NCBI GenBank assembly: GCA_965112155.1
Contig: OZ218101.1
Direction: 5' to 3' (one strand)
Length of the DNA stretch: 64,000 nt
From: Podarcis liolepis
Lineage: Eukaryota
In this document: one piece after another, positions 1 to 11,400 of the stretch
Layout: each line of letters begins with the position of its first letter
How positions within the stretch are numbered: position 1 is the first letter of the stretch
Program-made: the position numbers and the translations under genes
Notes under the pieces: model-generated
What the model was told of the DNA's origin: nothing
The model's input: the letters and a program-made list of their open reading frames with translations, nothing else
Databases searched by the model: none

Positions 1-689
1 GCATGGTATTCTTTGCATGGTATGTGCTCCTTTTGCACCAAAGCAAACCTCCGGTAAGCCACACCATTTTGAGAAGGTGGAACCAGTCGTTATTCCAACC
101 CAAAGCAAAGCATTCATTAAAATCTACTTGCATGCAGGTGGAATATCAAGGTCTCTTTATTGAAAAGGTATCTGCAGGAATATCATACAAAGACAAGGAA
201 CCAAAGGGCTGCACACAATGTCAGGTGTGCAGTGGGATCCACCCCATCCCATTGCAGCACTTTATGCTGACTGAAAAGCCACCCCTGGATCTTCCAGAGA
301 GGGGTTCAACATTGTGCCACAGGATTCAGCCAGAACTTCCAAATTATCACACCTACCGACCACTGAAAATTCAGCAGTGCTTTCGGCTCATGCAAGATGC
401 TTGTGTGCAGATCCTTGCCAAAGCCAAACTGCACTGCTGTACAGCGTGCAGAAGAACCTAGAACTGTACAACAGTCACCTGTATAACTTGCACCTGAGCA
501 AGAAAAAATCCAATTGATTAGGTCCATTATTTGTACAGGCTAGGAATAATGGATTTGCACGTACAAAAAGCAAAGGCTTTCAATCACAGTATGCAACAAT
601 CTCATCTAGTAAAGTACTACCATCAGCTCGGTGGTGGTGCCCTGTTTACGTAGTTCACACTCCAGACCCTTGTCTGACACCTCCTTTGC

Positions 690-2171
690 TATCCTTCTGG
701 TGCCAACAATATTTTATTTTCCCAGGATTTTGATGGTTGAACAGCAATATTTGTATTGCTGTCGTTTTTTAACCCGCTGTTTAGGCTTTTTAAATTTTGG
801 TACTATCTTCTTATGTTTGTTTTCTTTTTTATTACGCAATCTACCCTGAGAATATTTACATCGAAGGACGGCAAGGATCATGGCTAGCCAATGCGGAGTT
901 CTCCAGATGTTGCTGTACTATAGTTCCCATCACACCCAGCCAGCATGGCCAATGGCCAGGGAAGATGGGAAATGTAGTCTAACGAAAGCAAGCATTGGTA
1001 CTTACTGTGATAAGTCCCTTCTTTGTAGGGAGGAAGAGGCTCCTGCATGGGTTATCCCCGCCTACCTCTCCACTGGCAGGAGGTCAAACATTCGAGAGCG
1101 TAAACCCTGCTCTCTCTCTTTTGGTGCGTCTGGAGCTGCCAGCAAGAGCAACCTGCAAAGGAGCTGGCAGGAAGCTGAACTGGCGAAGAACTGCCCTGTA
1201 CCCTCTCAGAAATTTGACTTCCTGCCAGTGGACATGGGCAGTGACAACCCACACAGGATCCCCTTCCTCCACTACAGGAGAATCACTGGGTTACCCTGGC
1301 AAATTTGTTTTAAAAATAAAATGCAGCCAGGTTAGGAAAGAATGAACAGGAAAGTTGTTGAACTGCGTATATTCCCCAACGGCAAGGTATGTCTAAATGG
1401 CCTTTATGTTTTCACCTTGTGCTCTTATGCAACATGTACTGTAATTGTAAGGGCAAATTCAGAGTCGAAGATAAGGAAAGGATACTAAGATCTTTTTAAT
1501 AAGGGCAACCAAAAGAAAAGAAAAAGTTGTTTCACCAGGATAGATTCACATTACAGTACATCAACATCGACAGCATTCTCTTTCGTCTATTTTTGGTACA
1601 TAAGATGGAACCTCTCTACATAACCTCGTAAGGCTTCAGTAACTAAGAGTAAAAAACCTATTAGTTTACAATTTCTTTAAAAAATTCTGAAAGACACAGC
1701 AAGTTCTAAACTTTAGTAGTGCTACCCATACACAACTACCTGATTTCAGAACCCAGTAAGAGCCCAAACGTCTTTTTCAAGGAAGCTCTGCAGCAGTGAA
1801 GTTGTGCAATATGGATGTTGCTTACTATGACTAAAAAAGAATAAAAGAGAGAAAGAAATACACATGGCACATTCTCATTCATGTTTTGCAATGTAAAAAG
1901 TTACAAACATACCTAACCAAATAAATAATAATTAAAAAAAAAGATGAATGTGTTTGTTAAGTTTCCTAAAACCACTATGGAGAATAATGGCCACATTCGC
2001 TCACAGATTATTTACATGGTAATACCCAGCTGAGGGTACACTGCTACAAAACGTGTTAAACAAAGAGTAAACTTGAAATGTTTTACTTTTTTTCCATAAT
2101 AAAAGTCTAGCAGCTTGACTAGCTAATGCTGTTGTGTTTTCCTTTTCCCCCACAGAGAGTTTGGAAAGTGT
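690..2171 (-). other. ZMYM2: ZMYM2 3' UTR (left boundary uncertain)
   Basis: AU-rich sequence after the stop; minus-strand ATTAAA at 1495-1500 and AATAAA at 828-833, 713-718 and 156-161. Confidence 0.6.
713..718 (-). terminator. Candidate polyadenylation signal AATAAA
   Basis: TTTATT on the plus strand; one of several candidates, and usage cannot be determined from sequence. Confidence 0.35.
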
Positions 2172-2364
2172 TTAATCTATGTCTTCATCCAGTTCGTAAT
2201 TGTCTTTATCATAAATATCTTTTACTAAAAGAACCCGTACGAGCATGTTTTCCAAAGTATTGCGATCCACTGAGGTGGAGGTGTACCAGACCGTGCTGTC
2301 TGAGGGAACCGGGTAGGCTGGCTGCAAATAGAACACATCCATTCTCTGACTGAGATTGGGCGGG
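2172..2364 (-). CDS. ZMYM2: ZMYM2 coding exon 22, terminal ([16 protein letters not shown]...NYELDEDID*)
   Basis: CTTTCAG acceptor; TAA at 2174-2172. Confidence 0.97.
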
Positions 2365-2391
2365 CTGAAAGGTGAGAAGAGGACAAGCTTA

Positions 2392-2422
<31 letters not shown>

Positions 2423-5400
2423 GCAGCCTATCCACATAGACATCCATTCATATGCTGTCAGGGTACAACTACGGTTTTCCACACACTTCTGTTACAGCAG
2501 AAGAGCACCTAGTTAAATAGTGACTTCATGTAACATGCAAAAGCTAGTACCTTAACACAAGTCACACCATGGAAAAGTCCATAAAATCAGTATTTATCAT
2601 CCCCAAACCCGCTGAGAAACAAGCAACTGAGGTTTACTACTGCAAACAGCCCAAGGATGATCATATTCAGACTTTTCTACTGTTGTATTGTCCCTTCTTC
2701 CTTTAATGATCTGAATCTTATCATGAATGTTTAGATACATGCCTAGTGCTCCCCCTATTGGCTTTTCAGCAGAAGCAAGGCAGACATGGGTACATATAAA
2801 ACTATTTTGGTGTAGCCCTCCAACTCAAAATAAGCAGAGGGAAAAGACCTGAAAAAAGAGGGGGTCTTGTGAGACAACCCAAATGGAAACAGTCCAAACA
2901 TTCATGCAGACGGAGAGGCCACTGCCGTTACAGATCATATTCTTTTTAAAGAAATAAGGAAGAATTATGTTTGCATTATGTTGTATCTTTCTTATGAGAA
3001 AGCATAATTATCTCTGTTAAAAGAGAGAACAGAAGCAATAAGAAACAGATTTACATATACACAGGCTTTACCGCTACTGTTATTTCAATACCTCTTAGAT
3101 AAGTAGCATTCAAACATTTTCACAGGGCATCTAGAGGGATCCGCTGTGTTTTCAGTTTGTTCAAATACCGGCTCATCATCTTCATGCTTCCTTTTTCCAG
3201 TAGTAATTTTTTCTTCTAGAACAGAAGAAAGAAAAAGAAAGAGACAAAACAACAACAGAATGGAATGAATGGAGTGCAAGCCCAAAGGCTACAGTCCTGG
3301 AAAGTGGAACCTTTCCATCTAAACCTAACAGCCCTGCCCCACAAATGGCTGTGTGATTTGGAAGGTGGAGGTATGTGGAGAGTGAGAAGGTTAGGGTTAA
3401 GCATTCCCTCCCCTGCTGCCACCCCACACATTATCCCCCCCCCCCATAAATCGGTAACTCTAACTTTGTCTTGAAGGGGTGAAGCTGCAGACAGAAGGCC
3501 AGAGGATGGATCCCAAAGCAGTGTGGGCTGGTGGTACCCCACCCCTGCCACAAGGAATCATAGGTACATCTCCTCAGCTGGTAAGTAGTGACTGCACAGC
3601 CCTCAGTTTACAGCAGCTCTTTCTCAATTCTATCCAAAGAATGGGGAAGAGCGAGGTGTTCTATGTGATACATGATGGGGTAGAACATAAAAGAGAAAAC
3701 ACAATGCAATGAACCTGCCTTGAATAAAATCCATAACATCTGTCCTTTAAGTGTGGCTGTAGTTTCTTTGCCACAGCTTTGTGGGAGTGCCACATGGTTT
3801 GGCTTCAAGCACATGGTTTGGCTTCAAGGAGGCACAACTGAGAAAGACACCTGGTCAGAAACTCTGGAGGCGCAGTGCTAACCAGTGGAGACAATACAGA
3901 GCTGAGTGTGCAATCTGCCCTCTTTCCAGAGGCAGACCTCTCCCCTTTAGCTAGAGGTCAGCCACTGCCTCAGGTCTGTCTGAGAGAGATGGCGCTGTTG
4001 CTGTTGATTTCTTACCCACCCTCCACCACAGGGTCCCAGGGCAGGTTGCGGAAATTTAGAAGCCTGTAGAAATTTACAGAGCCAAGTAATTAGCCCAGTG
4101 GCCCTTTCGATTGGGCCAAATATGGATCCTGCCACCATATTCACTTCAGAATGTTATGGTACCTTCGTTATCCGTTCCACATAAGGAGGAAACCTGGTAT
4201 CTCAGACAAGCTTTGCTATCCATGGTTAGAGGATTTTTCTTCCAGTGCCTATAAACGGTGCCAAAGGAAAGTCTTAAGTGCTGCTCCACTGTTTTCAGGC
4301 CAAAATACTTGGTGTTGAAGTAGAACAGTGTATTTAGAAGAGCAACTGGAGAGTGGGATCCTAACTGCTTTATCCTCCACAGATAGTCTTCTTCAACCCG
4401 AGAAAAAATTGAACCTGGTAAGAGAAAGGCGGGGGGAGGAGATGAGTATTCTGTAAATGAACCTATGGAATTTAACAAAAGAAAAATGTGCTAAACTGAA
4501 TTATCAGTTATATCTCTCAGAAATATCTGCTACAAATTAAAAATTCACAGTCCCACCTCTTCAGTCTAACCAATCAATTGAAGTTTACATATATCTACGA
4601 TTGACAATCAGCTTCATGGAACTTAAAACACGGAGTTTTAATTGCACTGAACTTGCTTAAGGAGCATGAATTCAGAAAGAAAAGAGGATAATGACCAAGA
4701 CAAGAACAGTTACCGTCTGGAAGTATGCTTGGTTGCCAGCATCTGAGTATTTTATTTATTTCATGCTCAAATGTTTGATAGTCTGGATCCAAGAAGATAT
4801 TATCCTTTCTATTGCTTCCGTTCAAATACTACAGGAAAAGAGGAAAAGCAAAATATTTAGTAGACCAAGACAAAAAACCAGAAGCAAAAACTATTCCTTT
4901 TATATACATATGAAAGCAGGCCATTTATTCATTTTAAGTTTTACAAACCACTCTCCCCCCAAAAATGAATTCCAGGGTAGTACACAAAGTAATTTAAAAT
5001 TACAGAAAATGATATGGTTAAAAGTGTTTGAAGGTTTGAATATTTTTATATATTTTAAGCTGCTGTATTTTATGCTTCTTGCTTATGATAGCATCTCAGT
5101 TTAACACATTTGTCTCAGTTTAGTAATTAACAGGCTTGTCAAATATTGGGTTGGAATAAAAGCTTCCATTTCCTTCCATTCACAGAGGTTCTTCCAGGAA
5201 TGCAAAGGCCTTTGAACTAAGAGAGGAGATATTAACCTCTGGACTTCTGTTACTGGGTGCTAGGAGCATGCTTTCTGTGACTAGAATTGCACTCATGGAA
5301 CCTTTGGATACAACAACCAATTTATTCTACAGACCAAGACACCTAGTAGCATTAGTTACAAAAAACATATTTAATTGTGGGGGGCGTGGAGAGAGACCCA

Positions 5401-8400
5401 GAAGGGGAAGGGAACGGTTTTGGGTTGAAAGAAAGCAAAAAAGTATTTGTTTTCCACTTCAGCCAGTTCCACTTTGGCCACGTTTACTTTTAGAAAGTAT
5501 TTCAACAGGTAATTCCTTATTTTGCCACTGCCAGTCTTTCATTCAAGTTTATCATGATATCTCTCCCATACAGATTACACTGTTGTTAAAATGACTCACT
5601 TCCTGAATCCCAAGACACAAATAATAGATGCTGTCAGGTGCATAGTTTTCCCCATTTGGTCTTCGGATCTCATTAACAAAGTGTGCCAACCCAAAGTTCA
5701 GCTCAGAAGACGTATGTGACACGATATCTTCTTTCAATTTCACTGTTTTAGCTGTAGCGCAAAATATTGAGAATCATGTAATGCAAACTCCATGTCATAA
5801 AACAAAGCATCTAGCAGAATACAGGAAACAGATAAAATGCATACAAAAGCAAATGCAAACACTATCGAAGAAGCCCATCTCAGACGAGAGAATTTTTTCA
5901 CTAAAACTGGAAATTTCCATTAACACTTTTATAACGCTTAACTATTTGGTACTCGTAATTATTATTTGTAATATCTTGCTATGACCCTGTTTCACAGATC
6001 AGGCACTCAAGCTGAGAGCAACTTGCCCAAAGCCACCCCAACAAAACATGGTAAATCAGAATTCGAACCCCGATCTAATCTCAACCCACTGTCTAAGCTC
6101 AACCCACTGCCTGCCTGCCTGCCTGCCAGACCTGAGACTTATAGCTAAGTAGGAAATACTTACTTGAATTCAGCTCATCTAATACTGGCAGATCTTCATC
6201 TAGATTCCTAGTTTTTACCCAGTGTTTCCACGCATTTACACCATACGCATACTTGAAGGGGAAACTGCACTCTGAATTCTCAGAGCTATCATCCTGAGAG
6301 TGGTACTCTGACACTGCTTTTCTCTTCGCTCCCTGCCATTAAAACAGATCTGTAAACATTACTGCTTATAAACATTGAATTTACACCACTTCTGCACTCT
6401 ACTACGGGCAAATGAAAGCCAAGAAAGTCATAAATACCAGTCATCAAAGTCTTTTTTTAAAAAAACAAAACAAAAACACCCAAGTAATACTTGCACTTTA
6501 CTGAGCTCAAATCAGCATAATGGCTCCCTATAATATAATCCCTTTCAATAACTGTTCTGCACTAAGATCCAAAGTTGGTTTTAATTATGCAATAAATAAT
6601 AATAATGATGATGATGCAATTATTGTTTAATTAGAGCCACCAGTGTAAAGGCACTTTACAGCATTGTTTTCAGAGGCAACAAGCTTGAGAAAGGTACAGT
6701 GGTGCCTCGCAAGACGAAAAGAATCCGTTCCGTGATTCTCTTCGTCTAGCGGTTTTTTTGTCTTGCGAAGCAAGCCCATTGACGGATTAGAGGATTAGCG
6801 CTATTAGCGGCTTTTAGCGGCTTATCAGCTTATCGGATCAGCTGATAAGCGGCTTAGCGGCTTAGAAAAAGGGGGGGGGGGAAAGGAAAAAAACCCCGCA
6901 GGAACTCGCAAGACATTTTTGTCTTGCGAAGCAAGCCCATAGGAGATTCGTTTTGCGAAGCACCTCCAAAACGGAAAACTCTTTCGTCTAGCGAGTTTTC
7001 CGTCTTGCGAGGCATTCGTCTTGCGGGGCACCACTGTAAACTACATTCTGGCGTTGGGAATAATTTTATTCAACATTATGTCTAAAAGGCAGTCTTAAAA
7101 TTTTAGATTGTTAAATAATTGTTACCAGCCCTTTAGAAAGGTAGGTAAGACATGTGTGACTCTGAGAAATCCAAACATTTGTGTTACCTTAAGAATTACT
7201 CTCAGGGGTGTTGTTGCTTCAGGAGGAAAATCTAAATGGAGATCTTCCCTGATTTAATTTGACGCATGGTCCATTTAGAAAGGCATTATCTTAAGGAAGC
7301 TCCATTGTATCAAATGAAGTGGCATAAAAAGACTATCGTGCTGTTTACACAGCTCCCTTTCATTTCAGTAGGTTTAGTTCAAGAGACCTTCTCAGTGCCC
7401 CCCCCCCAAAAAAAACTTTAATAGCACACGACTGTCACCTAATGAAATGCTTCACCTTCATTCATGGTAGGGCTATTTCAGGCTCCTTTTATACAAAAGG
7501 TCACAGCCATATCTTCCATTTCCCATGCAAAACATATTAGTTTGGAATACATTTCAGTCACAAAAACTATATGCGTACCTTCTTCTTAGTTCGAGGTCTT
7601 GGCTGTTCCTCGTATTCCTCTCCAAAGACAGGTGGCAGCAAAAATTCACTTTCTGTGTCTAGTTCCTCTGTTGCTGTACATATATTGGAAGGGTATTAAT
7701 GCAGTTAAATGTCATGTAACCTAAAACTGTTGTATCGGGTGCATATAACTGACAGAAGCCTTAATTATTGTACAATGTGTTTTACACATTATTCATCAGT
7801 GTTGGTCCCTATTCTAGAAAAGCCTGCAGAAGACCGTATTCTGAGAAGCACTGGTAGCGTAACATTTATTGCATCCTAAAAAGTGGTTGCTTCAGTAGTG
7901 CTTGAGTAAGACAACAATTTATCACTTCATTTCTACTCCCTTTGTTTTTTGGTATGAGAGAGAGAGAGCGAGAGAGAGCGCCGTGCAGTTGGGGTGCAGG
8001 AAATGGGATCTAGCATTGGTTTGTTAGTATGAGACCTTCCTAGCTGATTAGTCTTGTCTATGTCTACTTCCCCTCTACTACTTGTTGTATGAGCCCTTAA
8101 GTCCAACCCGAGCTAAGACTGCAGATCCTTCCCTGATGTCACGTTTGCACTCAAGCAGAGGCTCCATTCAGGCTCCTTTAACAGGCATTCAGCAGAGTTG
8201 ACAGGGATATCTAGTCCATCCTCGTGTAGATATAAAATTCTGGAACCAAGTTTGATGGCCAATAGGTTCAAGACAAACAAAATGTATCTTCCTGCAGTGC
8301 AGTGCAGTGCAGAACTCATGTGGTGACTGTTACCACAGAATATGGCTTTTATATCAATTAGAGCAGGGGTGGCCAACTCCCAAGAGACTGCGATCTACTT

Positions 8401-11400
8401 ACAGAATTACCAAAACCTCCCGGGATCTACCAGTAGATCGTGATCAACCTGTTGGACATCCCTGAATTAGAGGATAGCAATGGCTTATAGCCAGAACAGT
8501 AAGAAAAGAGTAACAGTTGCACCCATTTTCAAGGGAAGGGTGTCTCTGAATTCCAGATTAAGGGACAAAAACAGGTGGCGCCTTTCATCATGTCTTGCTT
8601 GAGAACTTCCAAAGGACACTAGATGACCAGAATGTCCAAGAATGCTGAACCAGATAGACAACGGCCTGATCTAGGCATTCACGTGGACTCATGCTCTCTT
8701 TTAAAAGGATAAAATTACCAACATCTTTGTAGATTGCTCTAAGCCATTGTAAAGGCTTTGAGTCAGAAACTGTTCACACATTAATAAAACCAAGACATCC
8801 ATGCGGGGAGGAAGGGATGAAAACAAGTGTTAAAGAAGTTGGCCCCATGTTGGCATCAATACTATCCATTTTAAAACTGAGTGTACAAACCTCTAGGAAA
8901 ATCAACCTCAATGTCAAGGTCTGGCTCATATGGAATATCAGGCAAGCTTTTCTGGGTTTCTGTTTTACAGTCGGGCAATTCTGTCTCAGTAATTACACCT
9001 GTCTCAGTTATTACACCTGCAATTAAAGAAAGGCAATGTAACTAATGTGTGAACATGAACAATGGGTCTACTTTGAGCAAAATGTAGTTGAATACCACCC
9101 AGTATATTGGTTTTATTTTATTTAACAGGATTTATTATCCAAAAACAATATAAATGATTCATTGAAAATACCAATCAAACTAAACTTTAAACCCTGTCCT
9201 AGGGCCTAAGACTAGAAACTGAGCTCCAGAATATAGCATCCATCAGGAAAAAGCATTGTGTCTGGGAAAAGGAACACACAACAATCACTCTTTGCTCACA
9301 CAGTCCGCTGAGGAAAGAGAGGGAGGGTGTCATCTCAAGAAAGAAGAAGAAGAGTTTGGATTTGATATCCCGCCTTTCACTCCCTTTAAGGAGTCTCAAA
9401 GCGGCTATCATTCTCCTTTCCCTTCCTCCCCCATAACAAACACTCTGTGAGGTGAGTGGAGCTGAGAGACTTCAAAGAAGTGTGACTGGCCCAAGGTCAC
9501 CCAGCAGCTGCATGTGGAGGAGCGGAGACGCGAACCTGGTTCCCCAGATTACGAGACTACCACTCTTAACCACTACACCACACTGTATATATATCAAGAG
9601 GGTGAAGAAGAAAGCAGCAGGGCCAGTGCAAGTCAGCTGTCACTCAAATCCTAGTGCATGCGCACTCTCCTGCAGTCAGTAGTAGTCAGGAGGGCAGAGC
9701 AGGACAGGGCCACTTTTCTGACATCCTGTCACCACTGCTGCTGTAGCTTACTAAGGGGGACAAGCAGTGAGGTTGACACAGCACAGCGGGAGCACTGGAT
9801 TAGTTCTGCTGGGGCACTGACACTGCACTGAGCTCGCTACCACCTCCACGCTTCCTCTCTCGGTAAGCCACAGCAATGGTGGTGAGGGGATGTCAGATAA
9901 GCACTCCAAATCCTGCCTCTAGTGCAATGCATCCTCTTTTCCAGAAGGGGACCCATCCCTCTTGAAATAGTTCCATGTCACCAAGGGAGGGAGTCCACCC
10001 AAAGTCTAGGTATAGTTGCGCTATGGATGTCCACCTTCCATGGCCCTTTGCATAATACCATTTTATTCCCATCCAGATCCCCACAATTGATATAGCCAGC
10101 CATATCGGCCACAAACCCCAAATGGAGAGGACAGGGAACAGAACTGTCTACACCATCCTGGCTTGCTTCTTTTTTTTTAACCCCTCTGAACTTGCAGTGG
10201 GAGTGGGTTCACCACATAAGCACTGAGGACAGATTCAAATTTGCCAAACCAATAATAAAAAACCCCTGTTACCAAGACATACTTTTGAGCTCTTGAGGTT
10301 CCACTTTCTCCTCTTTTTCAGGCATCTCTTCTGCTACAGCCAGTGACTCCTCCTCAGCCTTCACAGGACTGGACTTTGTTTTGTTATTTAGTTCTTCTAT
10401 TGCTTCAAGTATCTTCTCGCTGCTCTCCAGTGTGGTGGGCAGAAAAACCGGAACTGGTACCTAGTATAGGAAAGATTAAATCATTAATGTCGCTAGTGAC
10501 GAAAGTACCGCTAACGCCAAGAAAGCAGAACTGGAGTAAGTCCTCACAGCCATTTTTCCGAAGGAGAAACAACCAGTGGCATATAAATGTAGGGACAAAC
10601 AGAAAAGGAGAAATTAACTCACTTAGTGCATATGTACCCAGGGGACTATAAGTAGAAGGCCACGAAAACAGGCTGAATAAAATATGTAAAGGCACAGCAT
10701 TAAAAATAAAAAAGCCCCAAGGCGTAATTCTGTCTCCCACTTCACTTACAGTGGGTGGGCTCTTTAATCCCACATACTTCCATGAGCACAAGGGGGTGGG
10801 GGAGGATGCGATTTTGTAAATTCCCCCTTTCTTCTGCAGCCTCCCATGCTATTCCAGCCAAAAGCTCTGCAGAAGATGCGGGGGGGGGGGGGGCACAGTG
10901 CAAATGCACCGGTGGTAACACTGGATTAGCTAACATTGCTGGTGCAATGTTACCTCCCCACTCACAGAGGTCTCCACTGGACACAACTGGATACAGCCCT
11001 ACGTTCTCCGGAATCTCAACCACTCCTATAAAAATAGGTTATTTCTGGTATCCCCATTTAGAGGGATAACACAAGAATACATTTCAGTATATCAATGTTA
11101 GGGTGGTGGAAAAGATATGAATGCTCTGCATTCATTGGTTAATTCCATAAACAGGTTAGGTAAAGGTAAAGGGACCCCTGACCATTAGGTCCAGTTGTGG
11201 CCGACTCTGGGGTTGCGGTGCTCATCTCGCTTTATTGGCCGAGGGAGCCGGCGTACAGCTTCCGAATCATGGGGCCAACATGACTAAGCCACTTCTGGCG
11301 AACCAGAGAAGCACACGGAAACACCATTTACCTTCCCGCCGGAGTGGTACCTATTTATCTACTTGCACGTTGATGTGCTTAGGGCTTCCTTATTACTTTC

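Noticed and set aside
3-1345. ORFs of 116-152 aa at the left edge
   Set aside because: No recognisable homology or splice structure; antisense to the ZMYM2 3' UTR or flank.
9500-9585. tRNA gene
   Set aside because: A and B boxes belong to a SINE head followed by a SINE body and tail; no cloverleaf; second copy at 37823-38062.
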